64,000 bases of DNA. Origin: Promineifilum sp. (GTDB lineage: Bacteria; Chloroflexota; Anaerolineae; Promineifilales; Promineifilaceae). The notes under the pieces are model-generated. The model worked only from the letters and a program-made list of their open reading frames with translations, searched no databases and had not been told where the DNA came from. The first letter of the stretch is position 1. Each line of letters begins with the position of its first letter. Below, piece after piece: positions 1 through 9,197 of the stretch. Location of the stretch: the NCBI GenBank assembly GCA_020634335.1, contig JACKBY010000013.1, positions 16,823-80,822 on the forward strand, given 5' to 3'. Made by a program: the position numbers and the translations under genes.

Positions 1-1
1 G

Positions 2-475
2 CGCTGGGAGGATGACGGCGAGGATATCATCGTGCCCGGCAATCAGGAGATGATGATTCATGAGGGGCTGGGCGGCCGAATTCCGGAGATCAAGCCGTTG
101 CCCTGGCCGGGTTTTCCGCCCGACTTGATGAGCATCGCTGTTGTGCTGGGAACCCAGGCGGCCGGATCCATCCTACTCCATGACTGGATGTACGAAAGCC
201 GGTTCTTTTTTGTCGATCATCTGACATTTATGGGCGCGCGCGTGGTGTTGTGTGATCCGCATCGCGTGCTGGTGCAGGGGCCATGCAAGCTATTCGCCAA
301 CCCGGCTGGTGTGCCCAGCCCCGATATCCGGGCTGGTATGGCAATGGTATTGGCCGCTCTTTGCGCGCGGGGCACCAGCACCATTCATAACATCCAACAG
401 ATCGATCGCGGCTATGAGCAGATCGAAAATAAGTTGCGCGGATTGGGTGCCAGCATTGTCCGCGAAGCCGATTAG
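2..475 (+). CDS. murA: UDP-N-acetylglucosamine 1-carboxyvinyltransferase, 3' part (runs off left edge)
   Basis: PWPGFPPDLM, SPDIRAGMAMVLAAL and IDRGYEQIENKLRGLGASI match the MurA C-terminal half; frame is open back to position 2. Confidence 0.93.
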   Translation, partial: RWEDDGEDIIVPGNQEMMIHEGLGGRIPEIKPLPWPGFPPDLMSIAVVLGTQAAGSILLHDWMYESRFFFVDHLTFMGARVVLCDPHRVLVQGPCKLFANPAGVPSPDIRAGMAMVLAALCARGTSTIHNIQQIDRGYEQIENKLRGLGASIVREAD

Positions 476-548
476 GGACTGTCTCTGATGAGAACTTTGC
501 GATAACTGCCCACAAATTGACCAATCGGCCGAAATCGCGGTGGCCGAT

Positions 549-578
549 TTGACCTTCAGACTAAAATTACGCTATAAT
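549..578 (+). promoter_or_regulatory. sigma70-type promoter of the rpmH operon
   Basis: TTGACC-N18-TATAAT about 100 nt upstream of the rpmH ATG. Confidence 0.7.
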
Positions 579-644
579 GTAGCATTGCTTCCCTGGCATT
601 CCGGCGAAGCATCCGGACAGGTTTCAATCAGTTAGCTTGAGATG

Positions 645-669
645 ACAGGGCGTATCGCCCTGTTTTTTT
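645..669 (+). terminator. intrinsic terminator-like hairpin inside the rpmH leader
   Basis: ACAGGGCG-TAT-CGCCCTGT followed by a T run, ending 12 nt before the ATG. Confidence 0.6.
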
Positions 670-681
670 GGAGAGAATAAG

Positions 682-906
682 ATGACCAAGCGTACCTATC
701 AACCAAAGATTCGTCGGCGCATGCGCGTTCACGGGTTCCGCTCGCGCATGGGGACCAAGGGGGGCCAAAAGGTCCTCAAGCGGCGTCGCGCCCGCGGCCG
801 TCGTGTGCTGTCGGTCAGCATGAACAGCCACGTTAAGCGTGTAAACTGGAATGGCACCTCGGCCACGGCCTATCGTTCAGTCAAGCGCTATGGCGGTGGA
901 AAATAA
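682..906 (+). CDS. rpmH: 50S ribosomal protein L34 with C-terminal extension
   Basis: [23 protein letters not shown]...RRARGRRVL; followed by rnpA-yidD. Confidence 0.96.
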   Translation: MTKRTYQPKIRRRMRVHGFRSRMGTKGGQKVLKRRRARGRRVLSVSMNSHVKRVNWNGTSATAYRSVKRYGGGK

Positions 907-939
907 CCGTCTTAGCGTAGCGTTGGCCTGGCATGACGT

Positions 940-1326
940 ATGTTGCCGTCTCATTCTCGCTTGCGTCGATCGGCCGACATCGGTCTGGTTCGGCAGCAGG
1001 GGCAACGCTGGCGGCATCCGTTACTTGTGCTGTTCGTTTATACGCAACCGCCGGACACGGCGTCGGCCAGCCGATTTGCTGTCGCCGTCGGCCGCCACAT
1101 CGGTAAGGCCACTCGGCGCAATCGCATCAAACGCAAAGTGCGCGAGATATTGCGCCTGCGGCTGAGCCGGTTGAGGCCGGGGTATGATTGCCTTATCGTC
1201 GTCCGATCCGGCGCGGTGGAAGCGAGCTACGAGGAGCTGGAAGCTGCATTGCACCAACTTCTATCTCGTAGCGGGATGATAAATGGCGACTCGAATGGTG
1301 CCGAGGGTGTAGAATCTCTATTGTGA
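940..1326 (+). CDS. rnpA: ribonuclease P protein component
   Basis: [33 protein letters not shown] (RNR motif); canonical synteny. Confidence 0.95.
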   Translation: MLPSHSRLRRSADIGLVRQQGQRWRHPLLVLFVYTQPPDTASASRFAVAVGRHIGKATRRNRIKRKVREILRLRLSRLRPGYDCLIVVRSGAVEASYEELEAALHQLLSRSGMINGDSNGAEGVESLL

Positions 1327-1532
1327 AACAAGTCGCGTTACTACTCATTAAGCTATACCAGAAGACGATCTCGCGGGTACTTCCGCCAAGTTGCCGGTTT
1401 ACGCCGTCGTGCTCTGTTTATGGATATCAGGCGATTGAGAAATATGGGTTTATCAAAGGGGGCTGGATGGCTGTCAAACGAATCAGCCGTTGCCACCCCT
1501 TTAACCCCGGCGGCTATGATCCGGTTCCGTGA
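1323..1532 (+). CDS. yidD: membrane protein insertion efficiency factor YidD
   Basis: [11 protein letters not shown]...[17 protein letters not shown]. Confidence 0.96.
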   Translation: MKQVALLLIKLYQKTISRVLPPSCRFTPSCSVYGYQAIEKYGFIKGGWMAVKRISRCHPFNPGGYDPVP

Positions 1533-1544
1533 CGGAGGTGTTCC

Positions 1545-2699
1545 TTGCAACGAATGAGTTGGTCGCTACGGCGGCCTGCGTTTTGGCTGCTTATGGTGGC
1601 AGTCGGGGTCTTGTCATTGAGCGCCTGTGGAGGGCGCATTGCCAATACGAACTGGGCCGGCTTATCGACTGACGGTAGTTGGGTCTATCTGGCATTTGGC
1701 CCTCGCGTGCTGGCCTATAATCCCGACACCCAGGCCCAGAGCTGGATTTTCCCCGCCGAGAATGGCGCAGTTCAATTTTATTCCGCCCCCTCGGCCGAGG
1801 GGGATCAGGTTGTATTCGGTGATTACGGCCGCGCGGGCGGATTCTTTACGCCCCGCGTTACGGTTTCGGTCTATGCGGTCGAGAACGTCGAGTCCGGCTC
1901 GCCGCGCGAGTTGTGGACCAACTCGGAAAGCGCGACGGACAAAATCGTTGCCCCACCTCTTCAGGTCGGCGACCAGCTCTTCGTTGGTACGTCGGACAAT
2001 CACGTGTTGGCCCTGAACGCGACCGACGGCAGCGAGCAATGGGATTACGAGACCGGGCATGCCATCTGGGGCCAACCCGCCTTTCGCGACGGCAGGCTCT
2101 ATGTCAACTCGATGGATCGTTCGGTCTACGCGCTGAACGCCACGACGGGCGAACTCATCTGGCAAACTCCCTTGGGTGGCGCGCTGCCCAGCGGGCCGAT
2201 ACTGGGGGACGACCTGATCTACGTCTCCAGCTTTGACGGCAACGTCCACGCGCTGGATATGGAATCGGGTGAGGAGCGGTGGTCGGCACCGGCCGCCGAT
2301 TGGGTATGGGGCGCTCCTGCCCTGGAGAATGGCGCCATCTACTACAGCGATATCCAGGGTAATGTATACGCTGCTGACGCCGAAACCGGCGAACAGATGT
2401 GGACCCAATCCACCGGCGTGCGCGTTCAGTCGACGCCGGTGGTGGTGGGCGATATGCTCTATATCGCTTCGCAGACAGACGGGGAAACCCCGGCCGGCTC
2501 GCTGACTGCCTATTCGCTGACGGACGGCACGATGAAATGGACACAACCCACCGCCGTCCCGCTATTGGCGACGCCGGTTGTGGTGGGCGACGATACTATT
2601 GTGGTGGGGTTGCAGAACGCGGATGCCCTGCTTATCGGATTCGACCTGGCGACGGGCCAGGAACTCTGGCGCTATTCGCTGCCTGAGACTGCTAATTGA
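1545..2699 (+). CDS. PQQ-like beta-propeller repeat lipoprotein (BamB-like fold)
   Basis: GGAGG SD before TTG; signal peptide with lipobox LSAC; repeated ALxAxxGxxxW blades. Confidence 0.85.
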   Translation: MQRMSWSLRRPAFWLLMVAVGVLSLSACGGRIANTNWAGLSTDGSWVYLAFGPRVLAYNPDTQAQSWIFPAENGAVQFYSAPSAEGDQVVFGDYGRAGGFFTPRVTVSVYAVENVESGSPRELWTNSESATDKIVAPPLQVGDQLFVGTSDNHVLALNATDGSEQWDYETGHAIWGQPAFRDGRLYVNSMDRSVYALNATTGELIWQTPLGGALPSGPILGDDLIYVSSFDGNVHALDMESGEERWSAPAADWVWGAPALENGAIYYSDIQGNVYAADAETGEQMWTQSTGVRVQSTPVVVGDMLYIASQTDGETPAGSLTAYSLTDGTMKWTQPTAVPLLATPVVVGDDTIVVGLQNADALLIGFDLATGQELWRYSLPETAN

Positions 2700-2717
2700 T
2701 CGCGAGGGAAAGCCGCC

Positions 2718-3617
2718 ATGTGGGACACCCTTATTGTTAACCCCATGATCAACGCCCTGCTTTTCTTTTATGATTTGCTGGGCAACAACTTCATCCTGGC
2801 GATTGCCGTTTTCACGCTCGTGATCCGGCTGATTACGCTGCCGCTCAACATGCGCCAACAACGGTCGATGATGCGGACTCAGGAGATTCAGCCCCAGATT
2901 CAGGCAATCCAGAAGAAGTATAAAGATAATCCTCAAAAAATGCAGGAGGAGTTCCGCAGGATCGGATACAACCCGGCCGACACTCTGACGGGTTGTTTGC
3001 CGACGCTTATACAATTTCCCATCCTGATTGGACTGTATCGGGCTATTATCATCGTGTTGGGATCGACCCCCCAGTCGCTGTTTGAGTTGGTGCCGCGCGT
3101 TTATCCGGCCATCAACCTGACCTCATTGATCCCGGTGGAGAACAAGTTTCTTTGGCTGAATCTTAGCCAGCCGGACCAATTCTTCGTGCTGCCGCTGGCT
3201 GTTTTCGCCAGTATGTTCATCCAGCAGAAGCTGCTGGCCCCCGCCGCACCCAAGACGCAAGGTAAGGATGAGAACCCGGCCGCGGCCATGACCCAGTCGA
3301 TGCAGTACACGATGCCGCTTATGTTCGGGTTTTTCTCGCTACAGTTTCCGGCAGGTTTGTCGATCTACTTCGTATTGGCCAATATTATTGGCATTGTTCA
3401 GGGGCTCTATATGCGGCGGATTACTGATAGAGAAAGGGCTGAGCGTGCCGCGAACGGCAATGCTGCGCCTTACGTGATTGAGGCCGACGACGCCAAACCG
3501 GCTAAAGCAATACCGGCAAAAACGAAGCAGTCCGCCAACGGATCGGGCAGTACCAAGAGCAAATCGTCGGGGAGCCAATCGGCTTCCAAGCGCAAGAAAC
3601 GATCTGCAAAACGGTGA
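2718..3617 (+). CDS. yidC: membrane protein insertase YidC/Oxa1 (short form, basic C-tail)
   Basis: FTLVIRLITLPL, IQPQIQAIQKKYKD, GCLPTLIQFPILIGLY, FPAGLSIY; synteny. Confidence 0.95.
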   Translation: MWDTLIVNPMINALLFFYDLLGNNFILAIAVFTLVIRLITLPLNMRQQRSMMRTQEIQPQIQAIQKKYKDNPQKMQEEFRRIGYNPADTLTGCLPTLIQFPILIGLYRAIIIVLGSTPQSLFELVPRVYPAINLTSLIPVENKFLWLNLSQPDQFFVLPLAVFASMFIQQKLLAPAAPKTQGKDENPAAAMTQSMQYTMPLMFGFFSLQFPAGLSIYFVLANIIGIVQGLYMRRITDRERAERAANGNAAPYVIEADDAKPAKAIPAKTKQSANGSGSTKSKSSGSQSASKRKKRSAKR

Positions 3618-4462
3618 TAAGTATGGCTTTATCTTCTAAAAACGAAATTGAATCACGCGGGGCGACTGTTGACGCGGCCGTGGCTGCCGGGTTGCAACGC
3701 CTGGGCGTCGGCCGCGATCAGGTCACGATTATCGTCATCGACGAAGGTAGCCGAGGCCTGTTGGGTATTGGCAGTCGCGAGGCTATCGTGCGGTTGATGG
3801 TCAAATCTGAACCGCCCGCGCCCGCCGTGCCGCCCGCGCCGGCTGTCAAGCCGGTTTCCCCTGCGCCACCCGCGCCAAAACCGGTTCCGCCGGCCCCCAG
3901 GGCAGAGAGCAAACCAAGGAAACCCATGGCTCCTGCCGCCAGGGATAACGACGAGGAAGAATCCGACTCTATCGGCTCATCCGAAAACCTTGATGAGGAG
4001 CGTGCGGTCGCGGTTGAAATCATCTCCGAGTTGCTGGAAAAAATGAGTGTGAAGGGGCAGGTTGAGGGCTATCTGACAGAACCCGATGATCTGACCGGGC
4101 AGCGCGTGAACATCATCGACGTCAGCGGCGATGACCTGGGCGTGCTGATTGGCCCTCGCGGCGAGACGCTGGACTCATTGCAGTTTCTTAGCCGTCTTAT
4201 GGCCGCCCACCGCCTCCATCGCCGGGCCAACTTTGTAGTGGACGTGGAAGGATTCCGCAAACGACGGGAGCAGGCGCTGACCCGGCTGGCCGAGCGTATG
4301 GCCGATAAAGTGCGGCAGCGCGGCGAGCCTATTGGACTGGAACCGATGTCGCCCTATGAACGGCGCATCATCCACATGACCCTGCGCGATGCCGAGGATG
4401 TCTATACCGAGAGCGCGGGCGAAGGCAAGCAGCGGCGCGTCCGTATTATTCCCAAGGCATAA
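3614..4462 (+). CDS. jag: Jag/EloR/KhpB RNA-binding protein (Jag_N, KH, R3H); alternative start 3623
   Basis: IDEGSRGLLGIG, LIGPRGETLDSLQ, LEPMSPYERRIIH; Pro-rich linker. Confidence 0.93.
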   Translation: MISMALSSKNEIESRGATVDAAVAAGLQRLGVGRDQVTIIVIDEGSRGLLGIGSREAIVRLMVKSEPPAPAVPPAPAVKPVSPAPPAPKPVPPAPRAESKPRKPMAPAARDNDEEESDSIGSSENLDEERAVAVEIISELLEKMSVKGQVEGYLTEPDDLTGQRVNIIDVSGDDLGVLIGPRGETLDSLQFLSRLMAAHRLHRRANFVVDVEGFRKRREQALTRLAERMADKVRQRGEPIGLEPMSPYERRIIHMTLRDAEDVYTESAGEGKQRRVRIIPKA

Positions 4463-4478
4463 CGGCTTTTCGTCTCAG

Positions 4479-4528
4479 ATCAAAAAGGGTCGGGCGCGTC
4501 AATAGTGACGTGCCCGACCCTTTTTGAT
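4479..4528. terminator. bidirectional intrinsic terminator between convergent jag and serA
   Basis: ATCAAAAAGGGTCGGGCGCGTC-AATAGT-GACGTGCCCGACCCTTTTTGAT. Confidence 0.9.
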
Positions 4529-4551
4529 TATGTCATGTTATGAGGATGACT

Positions 4552-6141
4552 CTATAGTCTGACAACCTTGGCTTTCGTGACCGCGCTAATGTTGATCAAA
4601 TCCTGGAGAGCCTGCTCGCTTGGCTCGCTATCCAGATTGATAAAAGACAGGGCCTGACCGCCGGGTTGTACGCGTCCTAAGCGCCATTCGCCGATGTTAA
4701 CGCCGTGGTCGGCCAGCAATGTTCCTACCTGGCCGATGACGCCGGGAACATCCTGGTTTTGCATGACCAGCACGATGCCCTCCGGGTTTGCTTCCAACCG
4801 GTATTCATCGATCTGGACAATACGTGACTCACTGCCGCCGAACAGTACGCCGGCCAGGAGTCGCTTGCCGCCCGGCCAAACAGCGCGACAGGCGACCAGG
4901 TTAGGGTAATCCAGATTATTGAGGCCGACCGTTTGAGTGGTTGTAATGCCTCTTTCATTGGCTAGCGTGGGCGCGTTGATATAGTTGACGGGGACATCGC
5001 CGCCCGGCCCCAGTACACCCTTCAGGATGCCCGCGCCGATGGCCCGCACCAGATTGCCGACGACATCGCCATGGGCTTCGATCTCGATTCGCTGGATGGA
5101 TCCGTCGGCCAGTCCCGCTTGCAGCCGGCCCAACGTCTCGGCCAGTTCGAGGTAGGGCTTGATGGCCGAAAAATCTCCTTCCACTTCAAACGGCATATTC
5201 ACAGTATAGGAGAAATCCGTCCCTCGCAGGGCGGCAACGACCTGATTGACGATCTGGATGCCGACTTCACGCTCGGCCTCGCGGGTGCTGGCTCCCAGGT
5301 GAGGCAGATGAACGACGTTGGGAAGACCAATCAGCGGATTGGCGGCCGTGGGCGGTTCGGAGGAATAGACATCGACAGCCGCTGCAGCCAATTTGCCGCT
5401 CTTCAGTGCCTGGGCCAGCGCCTCTTCATCGACCAGCTTGCCGCGAGCGGCATTGATCAGGATGGCTCCGTCTTTCATTTGCCCGATAGTTGTGGCGTTG
5501 ATCAACCGGACTGTGGCTGGAACGAGTGCGGTGTGGAGCGTGACGTAATCGGAGTCGGCCAGTAGATCATCCAGCTCGACCAGTAAGACGCCCAGTTCGC
5601 GCGCGGTCTCTTCCATGATGGCCGGATCATAGGCGAGGACCTCCATGCCGAATGCCTTGGCCCGTTCGGCCACCAGTTTACCGACCCGGCCGAACCCAAT
5701 AACGCCCAACGTTTTGCGATAAAGCTGGCGGCCGACGAATTCGCTGCGCCGCCACTCTCCGGCCTTCAGCGACTCGTGTGCCTGGGGGATATGGCGGCTG
5801 GCAGCCAGCATTAGCGAAAATGCCAATTCGGCCGTAGCCATGCTGTTGGCGCCGGGGGTATTCATCACGACAATGCCGTACATGGAGGCGGCTTTGACGT
5901 CGATATTGTCGACGCCGACGCCGGCACGGCCAACCACGCGCAATTTTCCGGCCGCCGCCAACATGTCGGCCGTCACTTGGGTGCCGCTGCGCACGATCAG
6001 GCCGTCATATTCGGAAATGATTGCCAACAACTCTTCGCGGCCGAGGCCCGGTCTCACGTCAGCCGTGACGTCGGGAAACTCCTTTAATTTTTCCAGCGCC
6101 GCCGCGCCCAATTTATCGGATACCAGAATGCGATACGTCAT
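4552..6141 (-). CDS. serA: D-3-phosphoglycerate dehydrogenase (with ASB and ACT domains)
   Basis: GRAGVGVDNID, GVIGFGRVG, INAARG, PHLGAST, C-terminal NQDVPGVIG ACT. Confidence 0.96.
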   Translation of the reverse strand: MTYRILVSDKLGAAALEKLKEFPDVTADVRPGLGREELLAIISEYDGLIVRSGTQVTADMLAAAGKLRVVGRAGVGVDNIDVKAASMYGIVVMNTPGANSMATAELAFSLMLAASRHIPQAHESLKAGEWRRSEFVGRQLYRKTLGVIGFGRVGKLVAERAKAFGMEVLAYDPAIMEETARELGVLLVELDDLLADSDYVTLHTALVPATVRLINATTIGQMKDGAILINAARGKLVDEEALAQALKSGKLAAAAVDVYSSEPPTAANPLIGLPNVVHLPHLGASTREAEREVGIQIVNQVVAALRGTDFSYTVNMPFEVEGDFSAIKPYLELAETLGRLQAGLADGSIQRIEIEAHGDVVGNLVRAIGAGILKGVLGPGGDVPVNYINAPTLANERGITTTQTVGLNNLDYPNLVACRAVWPGGKRLLAGVLFGGSESRIVQIDEYRLEANPEGIVLVMQNQDVPGVIGQVGTLLADHGVNIGEWRLGRVQPGGQALSFINLDSEPSEQALQDLINISAVTKAKVVRL

Positions 6142-6252
6142 GTCGTGCTCATTTGACTGGACTTCTGCCTTCCAGAGATAGAGTACCTGGAGGTGTCATA
6201 CTCTTCTGGTTTTCGCATCTGTTTAAATCCGCGTCATTTGTGGGCGTGGCTC

Positions 6253-7380
6253 TCATGAGGCAAAGAAGCCGTCCATCGCGGCGAAGAGCTGTTCCAGTTC
6301 GTGCATTTGAGTATCGCCCATGTGGGCGATGCGGAACGTCTTGCCCTTCAAATCGCCGTACCCGTTGGATATGATCATTCCATGGCCGCGTAAGTACTTG
6401 TTCAGCGCCGAGATGTCGATCTCCAGAGTGTTGGAGGCGCACGTTACCGTCGGAGATTCATAGCCCGCATCAGCGAATATTTCGAAACCCTTGTTCTGCA
6501 CCCAGGTGAGTGTCCGGTCGCGCATCGCCAGATGGCGCGTGAATCGATTCTCCATGCCCTCAGCCATCATGTCGTCCAGTTGGCGATCGAGCGCGAAGAG
6601 CAAGGAGACGGCCGGTGTGGCCGGGGTCTGGTTCTTGGCTATTGATTTAGCCAGACTGATGAAGTCGAAATAATAGCCGCGAGCGGGAATTGTTTTGGCT
6701 TTGGCCATCGCCCGATCGGAGACGGCGCAAAAGGCCAAGCCGGGCGGCAGCGCGAAGGCCTTTTGGCTGGAGGCCAGTACGACGTCGAGATCCCAGGCAT
6801 CCATCTCGATCCTGGCTCCGGCCAAGCCGCTGACTGAATCGACCAGGATCATAATGTCCTGGCCGCCGGGCATGGCGCGAATGGCCTGGGCTATCTCCCG
6901 GATGGGGCTGGTGACGCCGGTGCTCGTCTCGTTGTGGACGACTGTCACGGCATCGAAGTCACCGGACGACAAGCGCTCGACGACCTGTTCGGGCAAGATG
7001 GGTTGGCCCCAGGGTACGGAAAGCACTTCCATGTCTTTGCCATTTAGCCCGACGACATCGCTGAAGCGCGACGCGAAGGCTCCATTGACGCAGGTCAGGG
7101 CCTTTTTGCCGACGCAATTGCGCACGGCCGCTTCCCACAGTCCCGTGCCGGAAGAGGCGGTGATCAGCACCGTTTGTTCGGTGAAGAATACCTGTGACAG
7201 CTTGGGGAGAATGCTGCCGATCAGGTCGGCGCACTCCGGCATACGGTGTCCGATCATCCACTGGGCTTGGGCGTCAAGGATTTCCGGCCGTACTTCCGTG
7301 GGGCCGGGAATGAAAAGCTTGACGTGTTGATCACTGCGCGGCGAAGAATGCTCGCCTGAATTTTGATTCGAGGTGTTCAT
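6253..7380 (-). CDS. class V PLP aminotransferase (serine-pyruvate/alanine-glyoxylate family), probable phosphoserine aminotransferase by context
   Basis: LFIPGPTEV, VHNETSTGV, DSVSGL, SSQKAFALPPGL, FRIAHMG; lies between serB and serA. Confidence 0.88.
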   Translation of the reverse strand: MNTSNQNSGEHSSPRSDQHVKLFIPGPTEVRPEILDAQAQWMIGHRMPECADLIGSILPKLSQVFFTEQTVLITASSGTGLWEAAVRNCVGKKALTCVNGAFASRFSDVVGLNGKDMEVLSVPWGQPILPEQVVERLSSGDFDAVTVVHNETSTGVTSPIREIAQAIRAMPGGQDIMILVDSVSGLAGARIEMDAWDLDVVLASSQKAFALPPGLAFCAVSDRAMAKAKTIPARGYYFDFISLAKSIAKNQTPATPAVSLLFALDRQLDDMMAEGMENRFTRHLAMRDRTLTWVQNKGFEIFADAGYESPTVTCASNTLEIDISALNKYLRGHGMIISNGYGDLKGKTFRIAHMGDTQMHELEQLFAAMDGFFAS

Positions 7381-8167
7381 CGTTAAATGTCACGACTCCT
7401 TTTTGGATCAGATATTGAGCTTTTAGACTTAATGATTGATATGACATTGACCACGTGCCGAGAATGCGCAGCTCGGCCGGGCCGCCGGCTAAACCGAGAA
7501 GGGGGGCCAGACTGGGGCTTTCGATGAAAGCGGGCGCTTCAGCCTTGACCTTGGGGCGAGCGACGACACCCCCATATCCGACGAACAGATCTACAGTGTG
7601 ACCGGCCAACAGATCGCTATTGCCGTCTCCTATCAACAGAGATCGGCCGAGTTGGTCGCCCAACAATTCGCGAACGATCTGAGCTTTGCCGTTGCTGACC
7701 GTCAGCGCACCCTCGGTGTGGTGTAGATAGCGCTTGTTATCCAGGTCGGATTTCTCCCACCACTGGCCCGATAACTCATTGTAGGCGAGTTCGACCGCCC
7801 GAATGCGCTCACGGGGGATACCCAGAGAGATGCCGAACTCCGCCACTGGTTCGGCCAGACCGCCACTGATGATGTAGACCTTGTGACCCAAGGCTTGGAG
7901 AGCGGCGACGACGCGGGCGGCATCCTCCACCATATTGCGCTTGTAGTCATGGCGCAGGTCGAGGACTTGTTGCCGGGTGGGTTTCAACGTTGTTAGCCGT
8001 TTCTTGTAGATGTCTTCCAGATCGATTGCGCCGTCCATGGCGGCCTGGGTGAGTATCTCCACGCGTCGCCGCTTGCCTACTTTTTCGGCCAGGATGTCGA
8101 TGCCCTCCACCGTCGTCAGCGTGGAATCACAATCGAAGAAGATGTGCTCAAACGGAGGCCATCGCAT
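7331..8167 (-). CDS. serB: HAD-superfamily phosphoserine phosphatase (alternative TTG start 8215)
   Basis: FDCDSTL (DxDST), ISGGL, IGDGNSDL motifs; serine-pathway context. Confidence 0.85.
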   Translation of the reverse strand: MRWPPFEHIFFDCDSTLTTVEGIDILAEKVGKRRRVEILTQAAMDGAIDLEDIYKKRLTTLKPTRQQVLDLRHDYKRNMVEDAARVVAALQALGHKVYIISGGLAEPVAEFGISLGIPRERIRAVELAYNELSGQWWEKSDLDNKRYLHHTEGALTVSNGKAQIVRELLGDQLGRSLLIGDGNSDLLAGHTVDLFVGYGGVVARPKVKAEAPAFIESPSLAPLLGLAGGPAELRILGTWSMSYQSLSLKAQYLIQKGVVTFNDEHLESKFRRAFFAAQ

Positions 8168-8242
8168 AGTCAATAAGTTCAAGCCATTGGGCGAGAGGTG
8201 GGTGGGGTTAGTCAATCAGCGGAAGCCCAGCGCCAACGAGCT

Positions 8243-8271
8243 ATTTTAGTAGCGAAAGGGATTTTTGCCAA
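8243..8271 (-). promoter_or_regulatory. sigma70-type promoter for the serB-aminotransferase-serA genes
   Basis: minus strand TTGGCA-N17-TAAAAT. Confidence 0.55.
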
Positions 8272-8294
8272 TGAGTAGCGAGAGACGATGGTTT

Positions 8295-9197
8295 TTACGA
8301 TTCGACGCCGGCGACTAAGCGTGCAATTCCCTCGGCCAACGGGATGGCGGCCCGCCAGCCGATCAGTTCGGCCGTTTTGCCGGCGTCGGCTACCTGGCGG
8401 GGCTCTTCGCCCGGCCGGCCGGGCAAAGCGCCGGGGAGGGGGCGGCCACCGCGACCGGCGACACGGTAAACCTCCTGCACGACCGACAAGACGCTATGAG
8501 TCTTGCCGGAACCCAACTCGACTGTCGTTCCGGGAGGCAACTCGGCCTCCAGAAGCGACTGAAAACCTTTTACGATGTCATCGATGTGCACCCAGTCTTT
8601 TTCTTGTTGGCCGGCGGTCATCGGAAAATCTTCTCCCGCGAGGGCAGCCTGGAGGGCGGCGGGCAGGAGCAGGTGGGGCGGCTGGTGGCCCCCATAGGCC
8701 TGGAATATCATCACGCCATCAATGGGCCAGCCGGCGGTGCGCGCGTACATGCGGCAGAAGGCCCAAGCGGCCGCCTTGCTGGCGGCGTAGGCGTTCATAG
8801 CCGTTCGCTCGCCGGGTGTGCGGGCCACAATAAGTTGTTGCACGTGATGATCGTTTTCGAAGCAGGCGCGCAACAGATTGAGCGTGCCGGTGAGATTGTG
8901 GGCGACGGCCGTGTTGACCGGCAGGAATGGGTCGCTGACTCCCACTGCGGCCAGGTGGATAACCTTGTCGGGCCGCGCCTGCCTGACAGCGCGGGCCGTA
9001 AGCTGGTAGTTGCGCAAATCGGCGTAGACCATATCCACGACCGGTCGCGTTTTGTTCAGCGGGGGCGGCAGCGAGAGGCCACTGCCGAACTCTTCCAGCA
9101 CCAGCAATGTGAGATCGGCCTGGCTCAGAAGTGCGGGAACGAGGGAGCGGGCAATGAAGCCGGTGGCCCCGGTGATGAGAATGCGCGGCCGGTTCAT
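8295..9197 (-). CDS. NAD-dependent epimerase/dehydratase (extended SDR)
   Basis: ITGATGFIA, HLAA, YAASK (YxxxK). Confidence 0.88.
   Translation of the reverse strand: MNRPRILITGATGFIARSLVPALLSQADLTLLVLEEFGSGLSLPPPLNKTRPVVDMVYADLRNYQLTARAVRQARPDKVIHLAAVGVSDPFLPVNTAVAHNLTGTLNLLRACFENDHHVQQLIVARTPGERTAMNAYAASKAAAWAFCRMYARTAGWPIDGVMIFQAYGGHQPPHLLLPAALQAALAGEDFPMTAGQQEKDWVHIDDIVKGFQSLLEAELPPGTTVELGSGKTHSVLSVVQEVYRVAGRGGRPLPGALPGRPGEEPRQVADAGKTAELIGWRAAIPLAEGIARLVAGVES

Noticed and set aside
476-681. Replication origin next to rpmH
   Set aside because: No dnaA upstream (murA instead) and no cluster of TTATCCACA boxes
1662-2546. 294-aa minus-strand ORF
   Set aside because: Antisense shadow of the beta-propeller lipoprotein
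3812-3900. Short GC-rich tandem repeats in jag
   Set aside because: They simply encode the PPAPAV-type Pro-rich linker
8216-8236. Six-codon TTG-started ORF in frame with serB separated by TGA (readthrough or leader peptide)
   Set aside because: No Ser codons, no SECIS-like evidence, and serB has adequate downstream starts; probably chance
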